From: a virus
Reading direction: 5' to 3' (one strand)
IMG/VR virus record: IMGVR_UViG_3300032167_000022
Length of the DNA: 25,767 nt
Shown one piece after another: positions 16,669 through 24,143 of the stretch. Below the pieces are notes generated by a model, which was not told where the DNA came from, searched no databases, and was given only the letters and a program-made list of their open reading frames with translations. Both the position numbers and the translations under genes were made by a program. How positions within the stretch are numbered: position 1 is the stretch's first letter; each line of letters begins with the position of its first letter.

Positions 16669-16671
16669 TTA

Positions 16672-16905
16672 TTAAAATTCAAGAATCGGAATATCATCTT
16701 CCGCCGCATACACGCCGATAATTTCTTCACCATTATGAAGTTCACAGCGTGCCAGCAGTCTGTTTGTGATAATTTCTTTTGCTTCGGAATAATCTTCATC
16801 TTCTCCAAAAGTGGTAGGGTCTTTATGGATTTCATGAAGTCTTTCAAAAACTTCTTCATTTACATCCATTTCAATCGTGCGATAAAGTGTAACAGCAACT
16901 TTCAT
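16672..16905 (-). CDS. hypothetical acidic protein
   Basis: 77 aa ORF downstream of the promoter at 16948; TAA stop. Confidence 0.7.
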   Translation of the reverse strand: MKVAVTLYRTIEMDVNEEVFERLHEIHKDPTTFGEDEDYSEAKEIITNRLLARCELHNGEEIIGVYAAEDDIPILEF

Positions 16906-16947
16906 TTTATTTTACCTCTTTCTCCCCCCTTTATTGGGGGTACTATT

Positions 16948-16976
16948 ATTATATCACATTTCTTCGGATTTGTCAA
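16948..16976 (-). promoter_or_regulatory. promoter cassette TTGACA-17-TGaTATAAT with leader hairpin
   Basis: tgtcaa at 16971-16976 and attata at 16948-16953. Leader cccccaataaagggggga. Confidence 0.75.
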
Positions 16977-16982
16977 GGGGTT

Positions 16983-17240
16983 TTACAAAATTTCTACATT
17001 TTCCCACCAATCTATAAGTTTTACTTCTGTATAATAAGTATCCCACGATTCTTTTTTCTTTTTATCCCATTCTTCTTTTGCTTTAATAAATTTTTCCTGC
17101 ATATCTGTTTCGCTGGTGTAAGCACCCGTATAAAAAATTGTCTCTTTTGTCCAGTTGCCACGAGAGCCTTGTCCACCATCAACATAACAAGCGGGAACAT
17201 AAATTTTTGCCATTTTCATTTGCTTTACAATTCTTGTCAT
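16983..17240 (-). CDS. hypothetical protein
   Basis: 85 aa ORF; its stop overlaps the UP region of the next promoter. Confidence 0.7.
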   Translation of the reverse strand: MTRIVKQMKMAKIYVPACYVDGGQGSRGNWTKETIFYTGAYTSETDMQEKFIKAKEEWDKKKKESWDTYYTEVKLIDWWENVEIL

Positions 17241-17287
17241 TTTATTTTACCTCTCTCTTTTAGTGCCCCCTGTATTGGGGTACTATT

Positions 17288-17316
17288 ATTATACCACACT
17301 TTTGCTTATTTGTCAA
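17288..17316 (-). promoter_or_regulatory. promoter cassette TTGACA-17-TGgTATAAT with leader hairpin
   Basis: tgtcaa at 17311-17316 and attata at 17288-17293. Confidence 0.75.
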
Positions 17317-17333
17317 GGGATTTAGTAAAATTT

Positions 17334-17657
17334 TTATTCATTAAAAATATATTTCATTGTTTCATTTACCAAATCTTCATCATCATAAATAAATGCATAA
17401 CCATCTGCTGTACAAGCAAAAATAACTGCTTCATCTGCTTTACAATATGGTTTAACAATTTCATCCAGTAAATCACACAATTTATCAAAAGTTTTTCTAC
17501 GTGTCACAACATCTGTTTCTTTATAATGTTTATTTATATATATTGATTTATCAATAATCTGTTTGAAATCATTATTGTTTGTTTCAATTTTAATGATGCG
17601 ATGTCCAGTATCTTCTTCATCCATTTTACGTTTTGCTAAAATAATACCAAGTTTCAT
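17334..17657 (-). CDS. hypothetical protein
   Basis: 107 aa ORF. Confidence 0.7.
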   Translation of the reverse strand: MKLGIILAKRKMDEEDTGHRIIKIETNNNDFKQIIDKSIYINKHYKETDVVTRRKTFDKLCDLLDEIVKPYCKADEAVIFACTADGYAFIYDDEDLVNETMKYIFNE

Positions 17658-17699
17658 TTTGTTTTATTCCTTTCTATCCCCTGTATCGGGGATGTATAT

Positions 17700-17728
17700 A
17701 TTATACCACACTTTTTTGAATTTGTCAA
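17700..17728 (-). promoter_or_regulatory. promoter cassette TTGACA-17-TGgTATAAT with leader hairpin ccccgatacagggg
   Basis: tgtcaa at 17723-17728 and attata at 17700-17705. Confidence 0.75.
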
Positions 17729-17747
17729 TAGGTTTTGCGAAAGTTTT

Positions 17748-18221
17748 TTAAAGAATTTTTGTTTCGCTCACAAAATACTTTGCTTTGTTGGCTTCAAGCA
17801 GTCCTTTTACAATAAGGCTTTGCGCTTGCGTTTCTGCGTAAATGTTGAAAATGGTATATTTACCAATGTTGGGAATATAATTACAAGAAATTCCATTTTC
17901 TCTTAAGTCATTATAAAGGCTTTCGGTGTAAGGCTCACACACAGATGCTTCAATCTTCCAGAGTTTATCTTTACGCGCCTTTTCCTCTACAAACTTAATA
18001 ATCCATACGCAGATGAAATTTGCGATGGCAGTAATTGCCATATTCACCAAAATGCCTACGGTGCCTTGCGCGGTCAGCATGACAATCAGAGGATAGAAAC
18101 CATAACAAACCGCATTCATCACAGCGGACAGCCATTTACCGCTTTTAATGGTGGTAATGGCGCGGATAGTGGAAAGTGATACGTTAATTACAGTAGCGAT
18201 TGCAAAAATTAAAATATTCAT
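17748..18221 (-). CDS. membrane protein (about 3 TM helices) with C-terminal soluble domain
   Basis: Hydrophobic N-terminal 100 aa (MNILIFAIATVINVSL...ITAIANFICVWIIKF) followed by a polar domain. Confidence 0.75.
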   Translation of the reverse strand: MNILIFAIATVINVSLSTIRAITTIKSGKWLSAVMNAVCYGFYPLIVMLTAQGTVGILVNMAITAIANFICVWIIKFVEEKARKDKLWKIEASVCEPYTESLYNDLRENGISCNYIPNIGKYTIFNIYAETQAQSLIVKGLLEANKAKYFVSETKIL

Positions 18222-18227
18222 TTTTTT

Positions 18228-18464
18228 TTATCCCTCCGATTCAATTACAATGTGCGTTTTTACTGGAGTTATAGGGCTATCTTCATCACAAGCCCACAGT
18301 TGACCAGTTAAAAGCACTACAGCATTAATAGATTCATAATCAAAAGATTCAATATTTTTTATTTTCATATTTAAATCGCCATCACAGTCAATGAAGCATT
18401 CACCGACTTTAATGTCTTTAATTGTTACCTCTTTGTCCTTATTTCTCATGTCCTCAACTCTCAT
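18228..18464 (-). CDS. hypothetical protein
   Basis: 78 aa ORF. Confidence 0.7.
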   Translation of the reverse strand: MRVEDMRNKDKEVTIKDIKVGECFIDCDGDLNMKIKNIESFDYESINAVVLLTGQLWACDEDSPITPVKTHIVIESEG

Positions 18465-18506
18465 TTGTTTTACCTCTTTCTACCCTCTCTCTTGGAGGGT
18501 ATATAT

Positions 18507-18535
18507 ATTATACCACATCCAAGAGAGAAAGTCAA
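18507..18535 (-). promoter_or_regulatory. promoter cassette TTGACT-17-TGgTATAAT with leader hairpin
   Basis: agtcaa at 18530-18535 and attata at 18507-18512. Confidence 0.7.
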
Positions 18536-18554
18536 TGTATAATTTGTATTTATT

Positions 18555-18986
18555 TTATGAATTCTTTTTGAACGGGCACTGCGTTTCGCCTGCGTGGTCT
18601 TTCCACCAGTCTGCAAAATCTTCTGCAGTTAATACTTTCATCAAATCATTAATGGAAAGGTTATTAACTCTTTTACAGACCTTCTTGAAGCTAATAGGCT
18701 TCTTGAAATGCTTTTCATCATAATATTTGCCATAGCTATCCCAATCAGAACCCTGCACACGGATGTAAGGACTGCGCCGGAAAAAGGTATAATTTTCTTT
18801 GATACCGGGGAATCTGTCTACCTCTTCGCGCAGTTCCTCAAACGTGCGGCAGGTCGTGCGGAAAGTATCTTCAAAGGTTTTTGCTTCTTCGGGGGTGAGA
18901 TACTCATAATTGTAATCCCACACAAAAATTTCTTCCCATTCATCATCAAAGCGGACGTAATTCTTAACAGCGTAAATATTTTTCAT
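18555..18986 (-). CDS. hypothetical protein
   Basis: 143 aa ORF. Confidence 0.75.
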   Translation of the reverse strand: MKNIYAVKNYVRFDDEWEEIFVWDYNYEYLTPEEAKTFEDTFRTTCRTFEELREEVDRFPGIKENYTFFRRSPYIRVQGSDWDSYGKYYDEKHFKKPISFKKVCKRVNNLSINDLMKVLTAEDFADWWKDHAGETQCPFKKNS

Positions 18987-19031
18987 TGTTTTATCTCCTT
19001 TGCCTGTTGGCTCTTTGTTTTCTGTATATAT

Positions 19032-19060
19032 ATTATATCATATTATAATAAAAAAGTCAA
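19032..19060 (-). promoter_or_regulatory. promoter cassette TTGACT-17-TGaTATAAT
   Basis: agtcaa at 19055-19060 and attata at 19032-19037. Confidence 0.7.
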
Positions 19061-19162
19061 TAGGTTTTCTTTATTGTTTACAAAATGTTCATAATTGCGG
19101 GATTTGTATGAATTGACTAAAAACGCCCAAAAATTTTCTGAAAATTTGTATACATTACCTAT

Positions 19163-19200
19163 TGACAAAAAAAACGCGCGCCACCATCGGCGACGCGCGT
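19163..19200 (-). terminator. strong rho-independent terminator
   Basis: Hairpin acgcgcgccaccatcggcgacgcgcgt; the reverse complement is followed by ttttttttt. Confidence 0.75.
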
Positions 19201-19249
19201 TTGAACAAATCAAGTATATTTTGTAAACAATTTGTGAACTGGAAATTTT

Positions 19250-19295
19250 CGTCAAAATAAACAAAAATGCATATTACATTTGTAATATGCATTTT
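19250..19295 (-). terminator. rho-independent terminator (16-bp perfect inverted repeat)
   Basis: aaaatgcatattaca-tt-tgtaatatgcatttt; the reverse complement is followed by tgtttattttg. Confidence 0.7.
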
Positions 19296-19304
19296 GGAAA
19301 ATAT

Positions 19305-19661
19305 TTACTTTCGGGGAGCAGATAGAGTCAACTTGAATTTTCTACCATTGTAAAGAAACTCCATTTCACGTTCGGGATTGATAATGGTAAGATTTTCCAC
19401 TTTGTCAAAAATTGCCATTTCAATGCCTTTGATTAGTGCTTGCTTGTCGTTGTCGCTTTTGCGTTCCTTGGTGCTTGCTTTGCCGTATGCGTCAACGACT
19501 TTGCGCGGTGCTCGCCGCAATTCTTTACTTGCGTTCTTTTCTTCGGCGGTCTGCTCAAATAGTTTTTCGCCCTTGTCAATGCGCTTATCTGCGTCCATTA
19601 CGTCGGCGATTTCTTCATCTGTAAAGCCGAGCCGCCGCATTGCTTTTTCCTGTTCGCTCAT
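19305..19661 (-). CDS. hypothetical protein (module partner B; paralog of 15140..15553)
   Basis: 118 aa ORF with RBS GAGGGGGG. Confidence 0.75.
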   Translation of the reverse strand: MSEQEKAMRRLGFTDEEIADVMDADKRIDKGEKLFEQTAEEKNASKELRRAPRKVVDAYGKASTKERKSDNDKQALIKGIEMAIFDKVENLTIINPEREMEFLYNGRKFKLTLSAPRK

Positions 19662-19678
19662 GGATTACGTCCCCCCTC

Positions 19679-19700
19679 TTGGGGGAGGGGGATTAAACCC
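19679..19700 (-). other. conserved inter-cistronic RNA hairpin enclosing the stop codon (ggaggggg-tttaa-tccccctcc)
   Basis: Seen directly; a structural homolog of 15573-15594. Confidence 0.6.
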
Positions 19701-20082
19701 CCTCCGGAATGCGGAAGTAAGATACGCGCTTTACGATTACCTTTTCAAGCTTGCCATCTTCTACCATCTGGCGAACCAGTGCGGTAATCTTCTGCGGAGA
19801 AAGTCCAGCGCACGCAGGCACGTTCTTGATGAAGTCGGTAACAGTGTGCTGTTCGCCGCTCGCGGTTGCGAATTCAAGAATCGCCGCCTTAAGCCCCTGA
19901 TTTGCGATGTCCTTTTCAGTGAGCTTCTTGTTGTCGCTGTTGTTCTTGCGAGCCAGCAGGTCAAGTTCGTTGTTGATGAAATCAACGAGTGCGGGATTTG
20001 CGGCAACTTCGGGGAGCTGGAGCAGGGTGTTGAAGTGGTCGCGCTTAGTGAGCTTCTTGGAAGTAGAGTTAGTAGTAGCCAT
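19693..20082 (-). CDS. winged-helix-like DNA-binding protein (paralog family A, member 3)
   Basis: 129 aa ORF, highly similar to 15583..15981. Confidence 0.8.
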   Translation of the reverse strand: MATTNSTSKKLTKRDHFNTLLQLPEVAANPALVDFINNELDLLARKNNSDNKKLTEKDIANQGLKAAILEFATASGEQHTVTDFIKNVPACAGLSPQKITALVRQMVEDGKLEKVIVKRVSYFRIPEGV

Positions 20083-20166
20083 GGTATCAATCCTTTCAGC
20101 GTAGGTCGCTACCCATTATTTTTATTTTACCGATTGGAGGTCGTGCCCTCTTGCTTCGGTATATAT

Positions 20167-20195
20167 ATTATATCATACTTTGAGCGATTTGTCAA
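20167..20195 (-). promoter_or_regulatory. promoter cassette TTGACA-17-TGaTATAAT
   Basis: tgtcaa at 20190-20195 and attata at 20167-20172. Confidence 0.75.
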
Positions 20196-20226
20196 GGGGT
20201 TTTGCAAAAGTTTTTGAAAAATTTTT

Positions 20227-20333
20227 TGGAGGCAGTGGTAGGAGTTGAACCTACGTTTTCCAATGGCGAACGTTTCCATTTGTTGTATCTCAAGCCATCT
20301 TTATGGAAATAGAGCCGCTTCTATCTCACTGCC
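20227..20333 (-). tRNA. tRNA-like element, atypical length (104 nt plus encoded CCA)
   Basis: The minus strand reads GGCAGTG...atag-aagcggct-ctat...gtagg-TTCAACT-cctac-CACTGCC-t-CCA. It has a 7-bp acceptor stem, a D-arm with GG, and a canonical T-arm and loop. The anticodon region carries about 16 extra nt (a 23-nt loop between tccat and atgga), and no clean anticodon was identified. Confidence 0.4.
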
Positions 20334-20373
20334 ATATTATCGGGGAGGATTTGTTCCTCTCTTCTGTATATAT

Positions 20374-20402
20374 ATTATATCATACTTTTGCGGTTTTGTC
20401 AA
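20374..20402 (-). promoter_or_regulatory. promoter cassette TTGACA-17-TGaTATAAT driving the tRNA-like element
   Basis: tgtcaa at 20397-20402 and attata at 20374-20379. The tRNA-like 5' end lies about 35 nt downstream of the predicted transcription start. Confidence 0.75.
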
Positions 20403-20451
20403 GGGGTTTTGCGAAATTTCTTAAAGTTTTTTTTGCGGTAGTCATGGGGGA

Positions 20452-21156
20452 TTAATTCCCCCATAACTCTTTCTGCATTGCCTTGTGTTGTCTGAAACAG
20501 TACGCCATTATCTGCGCTTCAATTTCCACATCTTCAAGCCCTGTATGATTTTCAACAAAATCATTATTGCGGGAAATGAATCTGTAAAGATTTTCCGCTG
20601 TCATGGAAAGTCTGCCAGTTTTTGTCAGATAACCATGTTCTTCACAAAATGCGCGGTAGGTGGGCATCTTTCCGATTACACTTTGCGCCATCTTCATACT
20701 GTCCCAAATTGTAATTCCATAAGGGAGAAAATAGCGGTACTTGCTTTTTGTAGTCCAGCGCTCTGTGCTGTTTAGGCTGTTGTAGTCAAAACGGGCGTTA
20801 TGCGCGCAAATTGTATCAACTGCGAAATCTGCGATATCATTCAGCAGAGCCGAGCGCATTTGATAGGTATTAGCCACAATGCGCCTACCCGCTTCAATGT
20901 CTGCGAGATACTGCGGGATTTTATTTGCGTAGTATGCCGACTTCATCAGTTCAGCTTCATGGAAGAAAATATCAGAATTTACAAAACTCTTTTTGCGGTA
21001 GATGTTTCCATGCTTATCAGTTACCGCCCACCCAAGGTCATACACAAGTGTACTACTTGTGTCAAGCTGTCCTCTTTCATCGCGGAAGGTGTTTGCGGTT
21101 TCCGTGTCAAGCACGATAATGTAATGTCTGCGGCGGTCAATCTTTTCTGTGTTCAT
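20452..21156 (-). CDS. DEDDh-family 3'-5' exonuclease (DnaQ/epsilon-like)
   Basis: Exo I YIIVLDTETAN, Exo II CAHNARFDYNSL, Exo III HTGLEDVEIEAQIM. 234 aa. The TAA stop sits in the loop of hairpin atggggg-attaatt-cccccat. Confidence 0.8.
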   Translation of the reverse strand: MNTEKIDRRRHYIIVLDTETANTFRDERGQLDTSSTLVYDLGWAVTDKHGNIYRKKSFVNSDIFFHEAELMKSAYYANKIPQYLADIEAGRRIVANTYQMRSALLNDIADFAVDTICAHNARFDYNSLNSTERWTTKSKYRYFLPYGITIWDSMKMAQSVIGKMPTYRAFCEEHGYLTKTGRLSMTAENLYRFISRNNDFVENHTGLEDVEIEAQIMAYCFRQHKAMQKELWGN

Positions 21157-21198
21157 TGGTCTATCTCTCTTTCTACCCCCTGTATCGGGGGTATATAT

Positions 21199-21227
21199 AT
21201 TATATCATACTTTGAGCGATTTGTCAA
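21199..21227 (-). promoter_or_regulatory. promoter cassette TTGACA-17-TGaTATAAT with leader hairpin cccccgatacaggggg
   Basis: tgtcaa at 21222-21227 and attata at 21199-21204. Confidence 0.75.
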
Positions 21228-21256
21228 GGGGTTTTGCGAAAGTTTTTTAAAGATTT

Positions 21257-21460
21257 TTAGCGGGGGAAAAAGCAAGCACTTCTGTCATTCCATACTACTA
21301 TGTATTTGTCGCCATTGACTTCTTCTACTCTGTGAAGGGTGGCTTCGTAGAAACCGCATTCCATGAGCGCGTTATACTCATCACGGGCATCATTGAAATT
21401 ATTGAATTGGGTTACTACGCCCTCAATTTCTACCTCAAAATAAATTTTAGTGTTAGTCAT
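21257..21460 (-). CDS. hypothetical protein
   Basis: The true start is the ATG at 21460 (RBS AGAGAGG; MTNTKIYFEVEIEG...). The track's longer version translates the promoter. Confidence 0.65.
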   Translation of the reverse strand: MTNTKIYFEVEIEGVVTQFNNFNDARDEYNALMECGFYEATLHRVEEVNGDKYIVVWNDRSACFFPR

Positions 21461-21494
21461 TTGTGATGTACCTCTCTTTCTTTTCTGTATATAT

Positions 21495-21523
21495 ATTATA
21501 CCACATATCAAGCCAAAAGTCAA
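21495..21523 (-). promoter_or_regulatory. promoter cassette TTGACT-17-TGgTATAAT
   Basis: agtcaa at 21518-21523 and attata at 21495-21500. Confidence 0.7.
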
Positions 21524-21632
21524 TAGGTTTTTGAAAAAAATCTTTCGTCAAATTGCACAAACATTTTGGGAAAATTTCCCTTCACAATTTGTTTACAAAA
21601 TGCTTACAAAAAAGTATTGAAATTCACAATTT

Positions 21633-21670
21633 GTTCAAAAACCGGCCGCTTGGAGCGCGGGCGGCCGGCC
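21633..21670 (-). terminator. rho-independent terminator
   Basis: Hairpin ccggccgc-ttggagcgcgg-gcggccgg; the reverse complement is followed by tttttg. Confidence 0.6.
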
Positions 21671-21767
21671 CAAAAGTCAAGTCAAAATTTGTAAATAAAA
21701 TGAAAACAAAATATGAATTGAAATGAAAAAATGAATCCAAAAAATGGAAACAAAAATTGAAATTGAA

Positions 21768-21796
21768 ATAAAAAACCGCCCAAAGGCGGCTTTTAT
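21768..21796. terminator. bidirectional rho-independent terminator
   Basis: aaaaaaccgcccaaaggcggctttta. Confidence 0.75.
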
Positions 21797-22069
21797 TTAA
21801 TAGGTGATACGAATATTATTCAATCTATCTGTATATGATTCTGGACCATCTTCTTCAAACAGTCTTGTTCCGTTAGCAACTCTTCCACGTTGAACGCAGA
21901 AGAAAATACCATCTTTTCTTGCCCGAGAAATTAAATCATTAAATTCTTCCATATAATTATCGCGTGTAATTTCTTTTTTTCTTCTTTCAATGATAAGTTT
22001 AAGCTCTTCGGCGGTGACTTCCATCAGAACAACATTCTCTTCAACTTCATTAAATCTACCAGTAGGCAT
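21797..22069 (-). CDS. hypothetical protein
   Basis: 90 aa ORF. Confidence 0.7.
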   Translation of the reverse strand: MPTGRFNEVEENVVLMEVTAEELKLIIERRKKEITRDNYMEEFNDLISRARKDGIFFCVQRGRVANGTRLFEEDGPESYTDRLNNIRITY

Positions 22070-22124
22070 TTTGTTTTCTCTCTTTCTTCCGTTCTTTTGG
22101 GCTTCCGGATTTCCTCTGTATATA

Positions 22125-22153
22125 TATTATATCATACTTTGCGGTGTTTGTCA
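22125..22153 (-). promoter_or_regulatory. promoter cassette TTGACA-17-TGaTATAAT
   Basis: tgtcaa at 22148-22153 and attata at 22125-22130. Leader cttccgttcttttgggcttccggatttcc is shared with the promoter at 24362. Confidence 0.75.
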
Positions 22154-22186
22154 AGAGGTTTTGCGAAATTTTTTGAAAAAAATTTT

Positions 22187-22378
22187 TTATGCCAAGAATT
22201 CACCAGTTTGAATATAATGCCAGATAGCTTCTATGCAAGTATGCTCAAAATCATCTATGCGTTTTTCATCATGGCATTTATCATTTAATGGACATTCTTC
22301 ACATTTAAAAATTGGGATATCAATAGATTTTGGGTCAATAATTGCTTGAAAACGTTTAAACTGAATATTTTCTTCCAT
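22187..22378 (-). CDS. small CxxC protein
   Basis: 63 aa with RBS AGGAAAG; contains CEECPLNDKCHDEKRIDDFEHTC. Confidence 0.55.
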   Translation of the reverse strand: MEENIQFKRFQAIIDPKSIDIPIFKCEECPLNDKCHDEKRIDDFEHTCIEAIWHYIQTGEFLA

Positions 22379-22395
22379 GCTATTTCTTTCCTGTA

Positions 22396-22893
22396 TTAAA
22401 ACTTTTTTGAATTTACCTGTATGCGCTCAATCCAAGAGCGCATACAGTAATTCAAGAATATCAATCGCGGTCGGGTCAAACGCTTCGCCCATGTGCCAGC
22501 CCTTGCGAACCTTTTCATTGTCATCAAAGAGCAAGCGGTTTCGTCCTCTTCAAGGTATCTGCGGATGCTGTCAGCCTTAGTCGCGCCATACTTTACACCG
22601 TGGAAGTGAGTGTAAGGAATGCCGAGGGCTTCAAGCCATTCTCGCTTCGCTTCGCGTACCGCTTCATCATACTCGGGAGTGCTTTCCTTTGACAGCCAAG
22701 TGATAATGCGAATTTCAACGCCGTTATCAATCAGCGTATTCAGGATGCAAGCAAGCTCCTCTTCATCCCACATACATTCTGCTTCCCGATACGGGGCAGG
22801 GTCAAACGCACGAAGCTGTTCAAGCCAGTTGGGCACGTTGTAAAGGTCTGCGAGGGTGCCGTCCATGTCAAAGCAAATCATCTTAGGTAACAT
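22396..22893 (-). pseudogene. HAD-superfamily 5'(3')-deoxyribonucleotidase-like gene with apparent -1 frameshift near 22540-22560
   Basis: The start is MLPKMICFDMDGTLADLYNVPNWLEQL (HAD motif I, DxDGT). After ...RRYLEED, the homologous continuation RNRLLFDDNEKVRKGWHMGEAFDP (motif IV, DD) is in another frame, which is closed by a TGA just upstream. The track's M at 22971 translates the promoter. Confidence 0.55.
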
Positions 22894-22942
22894 AGTTTTT
22901 ACTTCCTTTCTCTTGGAACCTCTTGGGTTCCTCTGTATATAT

Positions 22943-22971
22943 ATTATATCACATTTCCGGTCGTTTGTCAA
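22943..22971 (-). promoter_or_regulatory. promoter cassette TTGACA-17-TGaTATAAT
   Basis: tgtcaa at 22966-22971 and attata at 22943-22948. Confidence 0.75.
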
Positions 22972-23015
22972 GAGGTTTTGCGAAATTTTTTAAATTTTTT
23001 TTCGCAAGGTAGAGG

Positions 23016-23192
23016 TCACTTGACCTCTACCACATCCACGATTTCCCATTCTTTGGCAGGATAATCGGTCTCGTTATCAAGGCGATACATACATTCTTTC
23101 TTCGCTTCACCTTTATTACTCGCTTTAACGAAGTATTCATCCCATCCAAATTTCTTGTGATAAACAGAGCAAGCATAAGTTTTCATCTCCAT
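23016..23192 (-). CDS. small hypothetical protein (58 aa)
   Basis: RBS AAAGAAAGGA. Reads MEMKTYACSVYHKKFGWDEYFVKASNKGEAKKECMYRLDNETDYPAKEWEIVDVVEVK; TGA stop inside the palindrome ggtagaggtca-ct-tgacctctacc. Confidence 0.45.
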   Translation of the reverse strand: MEMKTYACSVYHKKFGWDEYFVKASNKGEAKKECMYRLDNETDYPAKEWEIVDVVEVK

Positions 23193-23238
23193 GTGTCCTT
23201 TCTTTGGTCGCCTATTGGCTTTCCTTTACTGTATATAT

Positions 23239-23267
23239 ATTATATCATATTTTAATAAAAATGTCAA
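23239..23267 (-). promoter_or_regulatory. promoter cassette TTGACA-17-TGaTATAAT
   Basis: tgtcaa at 23262-23267 and attata at 23239-23244. Confidence 0.7.
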
Positions 23268-23384
23268 TGAATATTCTGTAAATAGATTGTGAAGTTTCTG
23301 TGAACTGGCCTATTGGTAGTTTCAGGAAATGGGAAACATATGCGAATTATCCAGTTTTTGCCATAAAAAATGCGGAATTAGGTG

Positions 23385-23435
23385 GCCATTAGAAATACCG
23401 CTCGTTTCGGGTGGTAAACGCCCGGAAACGAGCGG
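23385..23435 (-). terminator. rho-independent terminator (11-bp stem)
   Basis: ccgctcgtttc...gaaacgagcgg; the reverse complement is followed by tatttctaat. Confidence 0.55.
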
Positions 23436-23454
23436 GCGCCCACAATTGTAAATT

Positions 23455-23545
23455 TTTTAAAAAAATTTTATGAACAAATTGTGAACAAAATATGAACAAA
23501 AATGTATGAACAAATTGTGAACAGAATATGAACAAATTGTTACCA
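23455..23545. repeat. six tandem copies of (T)ATGAACAAA(T)
   Basis: tatgaacaaattgtgaacaaaatatgaacaaaaatgtatgaacaaattgtgaacagaatatgaacaaattg. Confidence 0.65.
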
Positions 23546-23591
23546 AAGCGGCTGGATATTTTTTCCACCCAGCCGCTTTATTTTACATCTG

Positions 23592-23957
23592 TCACATAGG
23601 GATTCTATCAACCGCATCCGCCTGCGCGATTGCTTTTTCAATCAGTGTATCAAGCGCTTTTTCAATTCTCGCAAGCTCTGCTTTGTTCTTGACTATATAA
23701 TGGTCATTCCCTTTACGTTCAACATCAAAGTTGTTTTCAAGAATCAAATGCGCGTTAGCCTCAATTACTCTGCGATATGCGATATTATCGTCGCACTCCC
23801 AATTTTTCATGATTAGGTCTTTGTCTCTGTAAAATACCTCTCTTGCTCTTCGGATAACGTTATTTGTTTCGCCGATTTTAATGACGTAGGTGCCGCGCTT
23901 TTTTTCTTGTAAAGCAAGCACCGTTTTTTCGTTCATCGCATAGTAAACACAGCTCAT
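23592..23957 (-). CDS. GIY-YIG-like nuclease domain protein
   Basis: VYYAM...GTYVIKIGETNNVIRRAREV fits the GIY/YIG plus Arg pattern. 121 aa, TGA stop. Confidence 0.65.
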   Translation of the reverse strand: MSCVYYAMNEKTVLALQEKKRGTYVIKIGETNNVIRRAREVFYRDKDLIMKNWECDDNIAYRRVIEANAHLILENNFDVERKGNDHYIVKNKAELARIEKALDTLIEKAIAQADAVDRIPM

Positions 23958-24003
23958 TTTATTTTACCTCTTTCTTTATTTTTTGTTGGAGTCAATCCCC
24001 GCT

Positions 24004-24123
24004 TTACGCGGGGATTTTTCTGACCAGCTTGCCGTGCTTCATTTCTTCCACCTTAAGCTCGCGCTTGCTGAATCCCTTCACTGCTGTTCTGTAGCCGTCT
24101 GCGAAAATAAACCACCAAAACAT
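24004..24123 (-). CDS. small hydrophobic/basic protein (39 aa)
   Basis: SD AAGGGGGAT. Reads MFWWFIFADGYRTAVKGFSKRELKVEEMKHGKLVRKIPA; its TAA sits in the loop of hairpin atccccgc-tttac-gcggggat. Confidence 0.4.
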   Translation of the reverse strand: MFWWFIFADGYRTAVKGFSKRELKVEEMKHGKLVRKIPA

Positions 24124-24143
24124 CTTTTTTATCCCCCTTTTAT

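Noticed and set aside
16187-16859. ORFs 16187..16381, 16282..16509 and 16518..16859
   Set aside because: They translate the tandem promoter and UP-element repeats and the terminator region. 16518..16859 overlaps the real gene 16672..16905 out of frame.
19043-19264. Minus-strand ORF 19043..19264, and the similar 14505..14720
   Set aside because: They lie inside the conserved intergenic module and run through terminator hairpins. No RBS.
20227-20333. Assigning a specific anticodon or CUA suppressor identity to the tRNA-like element
   Set aside because: The only CTA triplet falls in the predicted D-stem. No canonical 7-nt anticodon loop could be built, so the identity is left open.
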